Counted from the first letter of the stretch, positions 30,097 through 38,911 are shown. The stretch: DNA of 64,000 nucleotides from an uncultured Acidobacteriota bacterium (GCA_963837055.1 CAWILU010000006.1:513455-577454), one strand, 5' to 3'. Numbers and translations: made by a program. The notes: a model not told the origin generated them from the sequence alone.

Positions 30097-31298
30097 TCAG
30101 CGCCATCCCTGACCCAGACACCCGCTGATGCCGGATGCATCGTCTTGGAAACCACTTCGATCCAGCCCGACACCACCTCCGGCCCATCCACTTGGTTGCG
30201 CAACGACCCGGAGAACTCGTCCATCACCAATTCGGCGTCATAGCGAGATCGATTGAAACGCCGATCGACCCGGCCGAGCACCAAGCGTCTGATCGGGTTG
30301 AACAGGGCGGCGGCGGCCAATGTGGAGGCGGCCACTGCAAGCTGCGACTGCTCGGGGAGGAGGGTGGTCAGCCAGGTGAGCGCACCCAGATAGCCGGCCC
30401 CCAACACGACGACCACCAAGACGTAGCCCACGGTGCGGGAGATCACTCGATTGATCTCGTAGAGACCGTGGCGGGTGATGGCGATGCCAATCGCGGCTGC
30501 AGTCCCATTCCCCCACAGGGCGAATGCGACCACCACGGGATCGAAGCCCTGGATCCCGACAACGAGCTCTTCCAGGACGCCTGTGGCAAGGAACATCACC
30601 GGGAAGGCTGCGACAGCTAGGACGAACCACCGGAACTGCAGCCGCTCAACACCCGAGGAGCGCCGGAACCGAATGACCAAATCAACCACTGCGACTAGGG
30701 CAATCACGGCCAGTGCGGTGCCCAGCCATTCTGTGGCCGGGTCGAGCAGATCTCGGGCCCCAGGTATGCCGAGCGGGTTGTCCGGAGGGGTGTCACCCAC
30801 CACGGGGCCCGGGCGAAGTGCAAAGACCAGAGCGTCCACCAAGGTGACGAGGAGGAAGGCTCGGAGGATCCACCGGCCAAACCGACTCGGATCACCTGAT
30901 GGATACAAGACGACGAGGGTCATCACCAAAGCCACCACGGGGAGGAATCCCCAGGTCGCCACCCAGGCGGCCGGACCGCCGAACGGCCAGGCACCGGACT
31001 CGGTGACCAGGGCGAACCTCGCATATTCAGATGCGAGAAGATCGATCCCGACGCCGAATGTGATGCCGCACATGAGCCAGCCGATGCGATTGGCGGGGCG
31101 ACTCGAAACCACCAGGGCGCCGACCAGACCGAATCCGACCCACGTCGAGAGCCAGATCGCTCCTTCGAGTGCGGACTCTTGAGCCTGGGTGGTCGAGATC
31201 GGCGGGTTCATCTCGGTCAAGACCGCCGCCAAGACGATCATCGCCACACCCGTCAGCCACATCACCCACGCAATCCATCGGCTAGTGCGAGACCTCAT
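30093..31298 (-). CDS. polytopic membrane protein, paralog E (conserved C-terminal module family)
   Basis: The real start MRSRTSRWIAW is at 31298 and overlaps the paralog F stop (ATGA). The track ORF is extended 5'. This is the most divergent copy (RHGLYEINRV). Confidence 0.75.
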   Translation of the reverse strand: MRSRTSRWIAWVMWLTGVAMIVLAAVLTEMNPPISTTQAQESALEGAIWLSTWVGFGLVGALVVSSRPANRIGWLMCGITFGVGIDLLASEYARFALVTESGAWPFGGPAAWVATWGFLPVVALVMTLVVLYPSGDPSRFGRWILRAFLLVTLVDALVFALRPGPVVGDTPPDNPLGIPGARDLLDPATEWLGTALAVIALVAVVDLVIRFRRSSGVERLQFRWFVLAVAAFPVMFLATGVLEELVVGIQGFDPVVVAFALWGNGTAAAIGIAITRHGLYEINRVISRTVGYVLVVVVLGAGYLGALTWLTTLLPEQSQLAVAASTLAAAALFNPIRRLVLGRVDRRFNRSRYDAELVMDEFSGSLRNQVDGPEVVSGWIEVVSKTMHPASAGVWVRDGAE

Positions 31299-32431
31299 GA
31301 CCCGTCTCTCACCCAAACCCCCGCCAACGCGGGCTCCATCGTCTCGGAGACGACTCCGACCCATCCATCCACCAGATCGCCTTCGTCGACGCGGTCCTGT
31401 AGAGACCCGGCGAACCGATCCATGACACGTTCGGCGTCGTATTTCGAACGGTTGAAACGACGGTCCACCCAACCCTGGAGCCGCTTGCGCAGCGGGTTGA
31501 AGAGTGCGGCGACAGCGAGAGTGGATCCGGCGACCGCCAGCTGGCTCTCGGCTGGCGACACCCAGGTGAGGACAGTCACGGCTCCGACGAACACGAGCCC
31601 GAGGACCCCCACCACGAGGATGTACCCGACGGTCCGGGAGATGAGCCGGTCGATTTCGAAGAGGCGGTATCTGACCACCGCAACACCAATGCAGATCGGG
31701 ATGGCGGATCCTCCTACCAGCCAGAACAGCTCGAATACCGAATCTTCAGGCAAGACCTGGCCGGCGGCGGAGATGACCACGAACAGACATGCACCCAGGA
31801 GCAGCCACCGGTACTGCTGGCGTTCGATGCCCGTACTCCTTCGGCTTCGGCGGATGAGGCTGACAATCGCCGCTGCAGAGAGGCCGACCACGAAGAAGAA
31901 CCCCGTATCGCCGATGATGAAATTCAATACCGAGCTCAGCTCTACACCGAGTGGGTTTTTCAATCCGGTGTCCGTGAGTGGGAGCGGGCTCAGCACGAAA
32001 CCGATCACCGCCAAAGATCCGATCGCGATCACCGCCCGCCCCACGAATCTCTCCAGACGACCGGGGTATTCACCGGTAGGGAAGGTCGTGAGGAGCCAGA
32101 CAACGATCAGCCAGGGGACAACGCCCAACGTCGTATAAACGAGCTCGATCCACGCGGCCGCTTCGAGCGGCACGCGGAGCACGATGGACTGGAGCCCGAA
32201 CGAAACTCCCCAGACCAACCCGATGGCGAGACAGGCCATCCCGATCTTGTTCCCCGGCCGTCGCATCAGGATGATCCAACCCACGACCGGCCACGCCGCC
32301 CAGGACGCCGGCCACAGTTGATCACTGGTGTCGGCCAGGGGCCCGAAGAACATTCCCAGAAAAATGCCGCCCACGGCCAGCAAGAGAAGAGCGGTGAGGA
32401 GGATCTTCCTCAAGGTCCCTCCCTCAGCCAC
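31295..32431 (-). CDS. polytopic membrane protein, paralog F (conserved C-terminal module family)
   Basis: 378 aa; conserved C-terminal module (RYRLFEIDRLISRTVGY ... RRFNRSKYDAERVMDRF). The 5' end overlaps the paralog G 3' end by 22 nt. Confidence 0.75.
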   Translation of the reverse strand: MAEGGTLRKILLTALLLLAVGGIFLGMFFGPLADTSDQLWPASWAAWPVVGWIILMRRPGNKIGMACLAIGLVWGVSFGLQSIVLRVPLEAAAWIELVYTTLGVVPWLIVVWLLTTFPTGEYPGRLERFVGRAVIAIGSLAVIGFVLSPLPLTDTGLKNPLGVELSSVLNFIIGDTGFFFVVGLSAAAIVSLIRRSRRSTGIERQQYRWLLLGACLFVVISAAGQVLPEDSVFELFWLVGGSAIPICIGVAVVRYRLFEIDRLISRTVGYILVVGVLGLVFVGAVTVLTWVSPAESQLAVAGSTLAVAALFNPLRKRLQGWVDRRFNRSKYDAERVMDRFAGSLQDRVDEGDLVDGWVGVVSETMEPALAGVWVRDGS

Positions 32432-33618
32432 ACCCCAGCCGCTGCCGGATGCATGGTCTCGCTCACGACCGAGACCCAGCCATCGACCACAACACCTGGG
32501 TCGACCTCGTCACGCAGGGCGCCGGTGAAACCGATCATCACCCGTTCGGCGTCGTACCGGGTCCGATTGAAACGGTGATCGACGAAGGACTGGACACGTT
32601 TTCGAACCGGGTTGAACAAGGCGGCGGCGGCCAAAGTCGACGCGGCTACGGCAAGCGAGGACTCGGTGTCGAGCACGGACGTCAAGCCGGCCAGACCAAG
32701 GGCGTAGACCGTCCCGAGCAAGGCGATGACGATCACATAGGAGACGGTGCGGGAGATGATCCGATCGATCTCATAGAGCCGATAGCGGAGGATGGCGAGG
32801 GTGGCGGCGATGGGGATACCCAGGATCGAGAGATCGATCCAGATCTCCACAACCAGCGGCGGCTCAACGATGCCAAACAGCTCGAGGATCATCTCCGAGG
32901 TGAGGGCGAGCACGAACGAGAAACAGGCGAGAAGGAACCATTTCAACTGGAGCCGCTCGATCGACTCCGCCCTTCGGAAACGCAAGAACAGCGAGACCAC
33001 CGCTGCTCCCATGAAGAAGGGGTAAAGGGCGAAGAGGGGGCCGCCCAGCCAGCCGTACTCAGGGTTGGGCATGCCAGGGATCCCGATCGGATTGTCCGCC
33101 CACGCGGCGCAACCGAGCGGACCGCCCTCATCGATACAGATCTGGTCGGTGAAGATGTAGGTGATGAAGGTAAGGGCGACCAGAGCGAAGCCGAGCCACT
33201 GCAGCCAGAGCCAGCGTCGACTGGGGACATGCCCGGTGGGGAACCAGAGAACCAGGGTTCCGATGCCGACGATCCAACCCAGCCAGAAAGCGCCGCCGAT
33301 GGCCTGAAAGACGAGCAGCCCCCGCTCGGCCAGCCCCCCGGCCAACCCGGCGGAGAGGATCGAAAGGCCGATGGCCGAGAAGACCCATCCGACCCGGTTT
33401 CCGTCTGCCTTCCACAGAATCAGCGGCCCGAGCGCCAGAAAGGCGACCATCGTCGCGATGTTGCCGAACGTCTCGGCATCCACTGCCGGAGGCCACCATC
33501 CCAGAATCCCACCCAGTATCAACGTCGTTAGCAGCAGCAAGCTGATCACTGCCACAACGAGCGCGGCTGTTTTGCTGGCGTTGGGGGTTATCGCCTCTCC
33601 ATCCCTCATCGAGACCAC
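32410..33618 (-). CDS. polytopic membrane protein, paralog G (first gene of the array; conserved C-terminal module family)
   Basis: 402 aa. GTG start at 33618, or ATG at 33609. Conserved C-terminal module and FPTGHVPSRRWLW loop. Confidence 0.75.
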   Translation of the reverse strand: MVSMRDGEAITPNASKTAALVVAVISLLLLTTLILGGILGWWPPAVDAETFGNIATMVAFLALGPLILWKADGNRVGWVFSAIGLSILSAGLAGGLAERGLLVFQAIGGAFWLGWIVGIGTLVLWFPTGHVPSRRWLWLQWLGFALVALTFITYIFTDQICIDEGGPLGCAAWADNPIGIPGMPNPEYGWLGGPLFALYPFFMGAAVVSLFLRFRRAESIERLQLKWFLLACFSFVLALTSEMILELFGIVEPPLVVEIWIDLSILGIPIAATLAILRYRLYEIDRIISRTVSYVIVIALLGTVYALGLAGLTSVLDTESSLAVAASTLAAAALFNPVRKRVQSFVDHRFNRTRYDAERVMIGFTGALRDEVDPGVVVDGWVSVVSETMHPAAAGVWLREGP

Positions 33619-33633
33619 AGATTGGTAGTGAAC

Positions 33634-33715
33634 CGTTACGTAAGTGAAACGGACCTTTCACACGGAACATTCGGCTCGCGTTCCGGCTTCATCCGGTTTC
33701 ACATAGCCGTAACGC
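33634..33715. promoter_or_regulatory. repeat-rich divergent promoter region between the membrane-protein array and the AfsR-like regulator
   Basis: Four GTGAAAC-type half sites (33627 GTGAACC, 33644 GTGAAAC, 33655 TTTCACA, 33697 GTTTCAC). These include the palindrome GTGAAA-CGGACC-TTTCAC (33644-33661) and a flanking inverted pair CGTTACG (33634-33640) / CGTAACG (33709-33715). Confidence 0.4.
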
Positions 33716-33733
33716 TGGGACTAGCTTCGTCGC

Positions 33734-36475
33734 TTGCTCGACATCAAACTTCTGGGCCAACCCGACGTTTCGATCTCCGGACGTCCCGTGATCGTCGACA
33801 CCCGCAAGGCGATCGCTCTTCTCGCCTATCTCGTGGTAGAGAAGTCGGCGAGCAGGGACACATTGTCCGGCTTGTTCTGGGCCGATTCCTCGCAGGAAAG
33901 GGCCAGGGCGACCCTGCGCCGGACACTGTCCGCGCTGAAGGGCGCAACCGGAACCGATCTCATCGACGCAGACCGCAACCTCGTCTCGCTCGTAGGTGAG
34001 GTCAGCTCGGACCTTGACATCCTCGAGTGGGAGTTGGCGGCAACCGGGGACCATGGTCACGACCCACGCGATGTCTGCGACCGTTGCATCCCCCACCTTC
34101 GCCGGGCCACCGAGCTCTACCGGGGCGAGTTCCTCGAAGGTTTCTCCGTCAAGGCATCCCCCGAATTCGACGACTGGGTGCGAAACGTGGCCGAGTCGAC
34201 CAGAGTTCGAATCGGGGACGCCTTCAATCGACTCGGTACCGCCCTCGCCGCGAACGGTGAATACCCGCCCGCCATCGTCGCCGTCCTGCAGTGGATCGAG
34301 CTCGATCCACTCCATGAGCCGGCGCATCGATTCCTGATGCTGCTCCACGCGTGGGCCGGGGACCGCCCTGGCGCGATCGAGGCGTACCGCAGCTGTGTGA
34401 CGATCTTGGACCAGGAGCTCGGGGTGGCCCCGTTGGACGAAACCACCGAGCTCTACGAGGCGATCCTCGACGAGGACCTCCCGCCCGCCCCGGGCGCTCG
34501 CCGACGGGTGAAGGCCGAGGCCAGGCCGAGCCGACAGCCGCCGCCGGATCTGATCGATCGCGATGTCGAGCTCAATGCGCTTCAAGACGCGCTCCGTGAG
34601 AGTGCCACCGGCAAGGGCGTGCTGGTTGCAGTCACCGGTGCACCGTGGATGGGGAAGACACGGCTCCTCGAGGAGCTGGCCAACGAGGCGGAGGGAGAGC
34701 GTGATGTCCTGATTGGGCGGGCCTTTCGCATGGAGCAGACCCTGCCCTACGGCGTCGCCACCCAGGTGCTCGGCAACGCGCAGAACCGGATCGAATCTCG
34801 GCGGGCTGAGATCCCGCCCTGGGCCATGGCGGAGCTCGGAAGACTGCTGCCGGGCATGTCTCCTCCGTCCACCGATTCGGTCCCCGACCGCTTCGGCGAG
34901 CTGAGACTGCTCGAAGGGATCAACACCGTATTCACCGTGCTGGCGACAGAGCGCCCATTGCTTGTGATCCTCGACGACGCGCAATGGATGGACGCGTCCT
35001 CGGCGTCCATATTCTCCTACCTCGCCCGCCGCATCTCGCACATCCCGGTGCTAATGGTGTTGGCCGCCCGAGCCGACGACGACCTCCTCCCCGCGGTTGC
35101 CGAGGCGATGGGTGCAGCTGATATCGCGGTACCCATCTCCCCGCTGACTGCCGACGAACTGCTCCCTTTGGTTGGGGGTGAGACGGCGACAGCCGTGTCC
35201 CTCATCGAGCGAACCGGAGGGGTTCCACTGTTGGTCAACGAAGCGCTCACCGCAGGGTCTGACGCTGCGCCGGCCACGCGTGGAGTGGCCCGCTACATGG
35301 AGGCCCGACTCCTGGAGATCGACGATCTCGGCCACCAGATCCTCAGCGCCGCCGCCGCGCTCCATGGCGTCTGTGATGCGACCCTCCTCAGAGAGACGAG
35401 TGGACGCAGCGAGGAAGAAGTGGTGCATGCGGTCGAGCGGCTGGTGGCCGCCGGACTCCTCCGCGAGATACCCGAATCCGACGGGCTCACTTTCACTCTC
35501 GATGCCATGGAGCGAGTCACCTACGACAGCATCTCGATGGTGCGACGTCGGCTGCTCCATCGTCGGACAGCGCGGGCCCTGGCCGAGCGGGGTCACGCCC
35601 GGACCGACGCACGGTTGGCCGGGGCCATTGCCGGCCAGTTTCAGGCGGCCGGCGACCCTGAGGCGGCAGAGTGGTTCCATCTCGCCGGTGGCCTGGCCCG
35701 TGCGGCGTTCGCCAACGACTCTGCCCGGCAGTTCTACCGGGCCGCGCTGGCGATGGGTCACCCCGAGGTGGCCCCGATCCATCTCGCCCTGGGAGAGCTG
35801 GCCATGGCCTCCGGCGAGTACGAACAGGCTCGCCAGGAACTGACCCTGGCCGCCGGTCATGCCGACTCGGGGCTGATCGGACTGATCGAGCACAGGATGG
35901 GAGAAGTCGAGCGTCTTCTTGGCCATTTCAACGCCGCCGAGGAGCATTTCGCCCAATCGATCGAGACCCACCCCGCCCCGGCGGCCCTGCTCGCGGACTG
36001 GGCCCTCTTGGCCCATCGAACCGGCGATTCGGCCAACGCCACCGACCTGGCGGAAAAGGCATGGGCGGCCGCCGATCTGGAGGGCGACCCGGAATTGCTT
36101 TCTCGGGTCAGCAACATCCTCGCCGTCGTGACGGTCGACAGCGAGGCCGCCCTCGCCCACGCCGAGGACGCCATTCGTCTCGCCGGTGAAGACGATCTGC
36201 TGCGAATGGCCGCCCTGAACAACAAAGCCATCCTCCTCTCCGAGAACGGCGACCGGGAACGCTCGATCGATCTGGTTCGAGAGGCGATCGACATCGCTGC
36301 CCGCACCGGGCACCACCATCAGGAGGCGGCGTTGTGGAACCATCTCGCCGACCTCCACCATCGCCAGGGGCGCGGTGACGAAGCGAAGGATTCATTGACC
36401 AAGGCGGTCGCTCTCTTCGCCGACATCGACACCGGCGAGCCCGAGCCCGAGTTGTGGCTCCTCTCCCGTTGGTGA
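33734..36475 (+). CDS. AfsR/SARP-family transcriptional regulator (SARP wHTH + BTAD + P-loop NTPase (NB-ARC-like) + C-terminal TPR repeats)
   Basis: TTG start. N-terminus LLGQPDVSISGRPVIVDTRKAIALLAYLVV (SARP DNA-binding domain); BTAD ELYRGEFLEGF ... LDPLHEPAHRFLMLLHAWAGDRPGAIEAYR; Walker A GAPWMGKTRLLEEL; TPR-like C-terminus. Confidence 0.85.
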   Translation: MLDIKLLGQPDVSISGRPVIVDTRKAIALLAYLVVEKSASRDTLSGLFWADSSQERARATLRRTLSALKGATGTDLIDADRNLVSLVGEVSSDLDILEWELAATGDHGHDPRDVCDRCIPHLRRATELYRGEFLEGFSVKASPEFDDWVRNVAESTRVRIGDAFNRLGTALAANGEYPPAIVAVLQWIELDPLHEPAHRFLMLLHAWAGDRPGAIEAYRSCVTILDQELGVAPLDETTELYEAILDEDLPPAPGARRRVKAEARPSRQPPPDLIDRDVELNALQDALRESATGKGVLVAVTGAPWMGKTRLLEELANEAEGERDVLIGRAFRMEQTLPYGVATQVLGNAQNRIESRRAEIPPWAMAELGRLLPGMSPPSTDSVPDRFGELRLLEGINTVFTVLATERPLLVILDDAQWMDASSASIFSYLARRISHIPVLMVLAARADDDLLPAVAEAMGAADIAVPISPLTADELLPLVGGETATAVSLIERTGGVPLLVNEALTAGSDAAPATRGVARYMEARLLEIDDLGHQILSAAAALHGVCDATLLRETSGRSEEEVVHAVERLVAAGLLREIPESDGLTFTLDAMERVTYDSISMVRRRLLHRRTARALAERGHARTDARLAGAIAGQFQAAGDPEAAEWFHLAGGLARAAFANDSARQFYRAALAMGHPEVAPIHLALGELAMASGEYEQARQELTLAAGHADSGLIGLIEHRMGEVERLLGHFNAAEEHFAQSIETHPAPAALLADWALLAHRTGDSANATDLAEKAWAAADLEGDPELLSRVSNILAVVTVDSEAALAHAEDAIRLAGEDDLLRMAALNNKAILLSENGDRERSIDLVREAIDIAARTGHHHQEAALWNHLADLHHRQGRGDEAKDSLTKAVALFADIDTGEPEPELWLLSRW

Positions 36476-36559
36476 GCCCGCCAAGCATCCGCATTTGGTT
36501 CGCTGGTCCCACTCCCCTGACTCAAGGAAACTGATGAATTTGCCGACATTCTCGGCACG

Positions 36560-36832
36560 ATGACAGTTTCCACCATCACCTCCCTCGACGAGTGGGCCGC
36601 TCACCCTCTGGGCAAGGCGGCTCGGATCGCAGTGGCAGTCCTCGGTCTGGCCTCGGCCATTCTCGTGCTCTTGGTGGCCACCATGAACAGCCAGGCCGCC
36701 TGGCTCCTCGTGCTTCTCGGTGTGGCACTGGCCGCCACGTCGGTACGGGCCGCGAGCAACCCGACCGTGATCCGTCTCACCACCCTCGCTGCGGTGATGA
36801 TCGCCATCCCCTACGTGGCGCAAACCCTTTAA
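36560..36832 (+). CDS. small hypothetical membrane protein (2 TM helices)
   Basis: 90-aa hydrophobic ORF followed by a strong hairpin. Confidence 0.35.
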   Translation: MTVSTITSLDEWAAHPLGKAARIAVAVLGLASAILVLLVATMNSQAAWLLVLLGVALAATSVRAASNPTVIRLTTLAAVMIAIPYVAQTL

Positions 36833-36872
36833 TCCTTAGCGAAGGGCCACAACGGCCCCGGCGCCCTGCGCA

Positions 36873-36908
36873 CACGGCCACCGGCTAACGGTGGCCGTGT
36901 TGTCTTGG
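36873..36908 (+). terminator. intrinsic terminator-like hairpin
   Basis: CACGGCCACCG-GCTAA-CGGTGGCCGTG (11-bp perfect stem) followed by TTGTCTTGG. Confidence 0.5.
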
Positions 36909-37142
36909 GGGCCCACACACCCTTGATGGGGGTGGGGGTAATCCCCTATTGGATTGTCCACAGGAATCTGGATGATTGGGGAGCGGGGAGACTTCAGGGC
37001 ATCACTCCGTCCCTGGAAGCGACAATGGGGACCATCGGGGGACCGCGGTAGCGGTCCCCCTTTGACTGCGAGAAAAGCCATCCAAACCTCCACACCAACC
37101 GTCAAGAGCCGCAAAATCCCCGGCCCGCTAGCTTCCGAGTCG

Positions 37143-38258
37143 ATGAGCAGCTTCACCAAACGGGGCAGCGCAGATCTGGAATCCACCCTGCGCCGGATGG
37201 TGGTCGTCTTCCGCTTCCTCGGCTTGATCTGGATGCTGATCCTGGTCGCGGTCACGATCCGTTCGGACCCACCACCGGAGATCTGGATCGTCTGGGCGTC
37301 GGTGGGCCTCGCCATCTTCTGGACCCTGCTCACCTGGCTCGTGGCCAAGACTCAGCCCAAGTTCATGGCAGGATGGGTCTGGTTCGCCCTCGACTCCATG
37401 GCCATGCTCGCCATCGGAGCCGCATCGGTTGCATCGGGGGCGACCGAGCTGTTCCACGGCGGTCTCCCTCTGTCTCTGGTGTTCACCGGTGCCTTGCTGG
37501 GTGGTCTCCCCGGGTCCCTGATCGCAGCGGTCCTCCTCGGCGTCGAGCAGTTCTTGGTCCATGTGATCGCCGACCTGGGGGCGGTCCGTGCCGCCGGGAG
37601 TGTGATCTTCTTTGTGGTCGGAGCAATCGTCGGCTGGACCTTCGACAAGCTGCGCGACTACGACCTCGCACGTCAAGAGGCACAGGACGAGCTCGCCGCC
37701 GAGCAGGCGGCCGTGGTGCTACACGAGGAGCGCGCAATCCTGGCCGATCGTCTCCACGACTCGGTTCTGCAGACCCTCCATGCCATCCGCATGGGCGCCG
37801 ATGATCCCGGCCAGTCGAGGTATCTGGCCCGGCGCCAGGAGAGGGAGCTGAGACGGAACATCGAGGAGTGGCGGTCGGAATACCGGGACAGCTTTCGGGC
37901 CAATCTGCTCGCGGTCAGGGACGAGGTGGAGGACACCCATCGAGTCGAGATCGAAGCCGTCATCCGGGACGACGCCCAGCTCAACCCCAATCTCGCCGCC
38001 GCCATCGAGGCCGCCCGCGAGGCGATGGCCAACGCCGCCAAGCACTCCGGCTCTCGCAACATCTCCCTCTACTCCGAGTTCGCCAACGGTGAGGCCCACA
38101 TTCATGTTCGGGACGGTGGCACCGGATTCGCCAGCGACGCCCTCCGCAACCGGGTGCATGAGCGACTCGCCAAACGGGTGGAGAACGTGGGAGGCCTGGT
38201 GGAGATAGACACCGCCCCAGAGTCCGGGACAGAGATCAAGATCACAGTGGGGAAATGA
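37143..38258 (+). CDS. sensor histidine kinase (HisKA_3 / NarL-partner type) with an N-terminal 4-TM membrane domain
   Basis: H-box EERAILADRLHDSVLQTL, then HATPase_c (AKHSG ... VRDGGTGF ... GTEIKI). Starts at the ATG at 37143 (MSSFTKRG); the track ORF is extended 5'. The stop overlaps the RR start (ATGA). Confidence 0.8.
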   Translation: MSSFTKRGSADLESTLRRMVVVFRFLGLIWMLILVAVTIRSDPPPEIWIVWASVGLAIFWTLLTWLVAKTQPKFMAGWVWFALDSMAMLAIGAASVASGATELFHGGLPLSLVFTGALLGGLPGSLIAAVLLGVEQFLVHVIADLGAVRAAGSVIFFVVGAIVGWTFDKLRDYDLARQEAQDELAAEQAAVVLHEERAILADRLHDSVLQTLHAIRMGADDPGQSRYLARRQERELRRNIEEWRSEYRDSFRANLLAVRDEVEDTHRVEIEAVIRDDAQLNPNLAAAIEAAREAMANAAKHSGSRNISLYSEFANGEAHIHVRDGGTGFASDALRNRVHERLAKRVENVGGLVEIDTAPESGTEIKITVGK

Positions 38259-38911
38259 CCGACAGGCTCCGTCTCATCATCGTTGACGACCACGACGTGG
38301 TCAGGGCCGGAATGAGAGCAATCCTCGACCCGTCCTTCGACATCGTCGGCGAAGCGGACAACGTGGACAGCGCGATCGAGCTCATCAAGGAGCGGCTCCC
38401 CGACCTCGTGGTGCTCGACGTCAAGTTGCCGGGTGGTGGTGGCGCCGCAGTCATACCCGCCGTGCGTCGTGACTTCCCGGACATCAGGTTCATGGCACTC
38501 ACCGTCTCCACCTCGAAGGAAGACGTCGCCCGGCTCCTCGACGCAGGAGTCGACGGGTACATCACCAAGACCACACTCGGCGCCGATCTTCCCGACCTGG
38601 TCAGACAGACGTATGTCGGTGCTCGACCGGTCTCCCCCGATGTGGCGGCTTACCTCCTGGACATCGACGAGGGCATCACCGGCGAAACACCGATCTCGCG
38701 TCTCACGCCGAGAGAGCGGGAGGTGGTGAATCTCATCGCCCGCGGCTACACCTACCGGGAGAGCGCCGAGCGTCTCGGCATCACGGTGAAGACGTTGGAA
38801 AACCACATGGCGCACATCTTCGACAAGCTCAGTGTCGCCAGCCGTCATGAGCTCACCGCCCTCGCCTACGAGGAGGGCTACGTCCGCCCCGACGACGAAC
38901 GGAACAAATAG
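38255..38911 (+). CDS. NarL/FixJ (LuxR-type) family response regulator
   Basis: REC domain (LIIVDDHDVVRAG ... D54 context LVVLDVKLPGG) plus a LuxR HTH (TPREREVVNLIARGYTYRESAERLGITVKTLENHMAHIFDKL). Confidence 0.9.
   Translation: MTDRLRLIIVDDHDVVRAGMRAILDPSFDIVGEADNVDSAIELIKERLPDLVVLDVKLPGGGGAAVIPAVRRDFPDIRFMALTVSTSKEDVARLLDAGVDGYITKTTLGADLPDLVRQTYVGARPVSPDVAAYLLDIDEGITGETPISRLTPREREVVNLIARGYTYRESAERLGITVKTLENHMAHIFDKLSVASRHELTALAYEEGYVRPDDERNK

Noticed and set aside
26811-33618. Tandem paralog array considered as a CRISPR or other DNA-level repeat array, or as an IS/transposon cluster
   Set aside because: Repeat unit is a full gene of about 1.1 kb with diverged sequence. No short direct repeats with spacers, no terminal inverted repeats, no transposase or cas genes.
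23269-33618. Paralogs considered as truncated sensor histidine kinases
   Set aside because: No H-box, no HATPase_c, no HAMP. Each gene ends immediately after the conserved module with a stop that overlaps the next start. The complete architecture is conserved seven times.
33689-36361. Two long minus-strand ORFs (450 aa and 436 aa) opposite the AfsR-like gene
   Set aside because: Antisense to a 913-aa gene with clear SARP/BTAD/P-loop/TPR signatures. No domain content.
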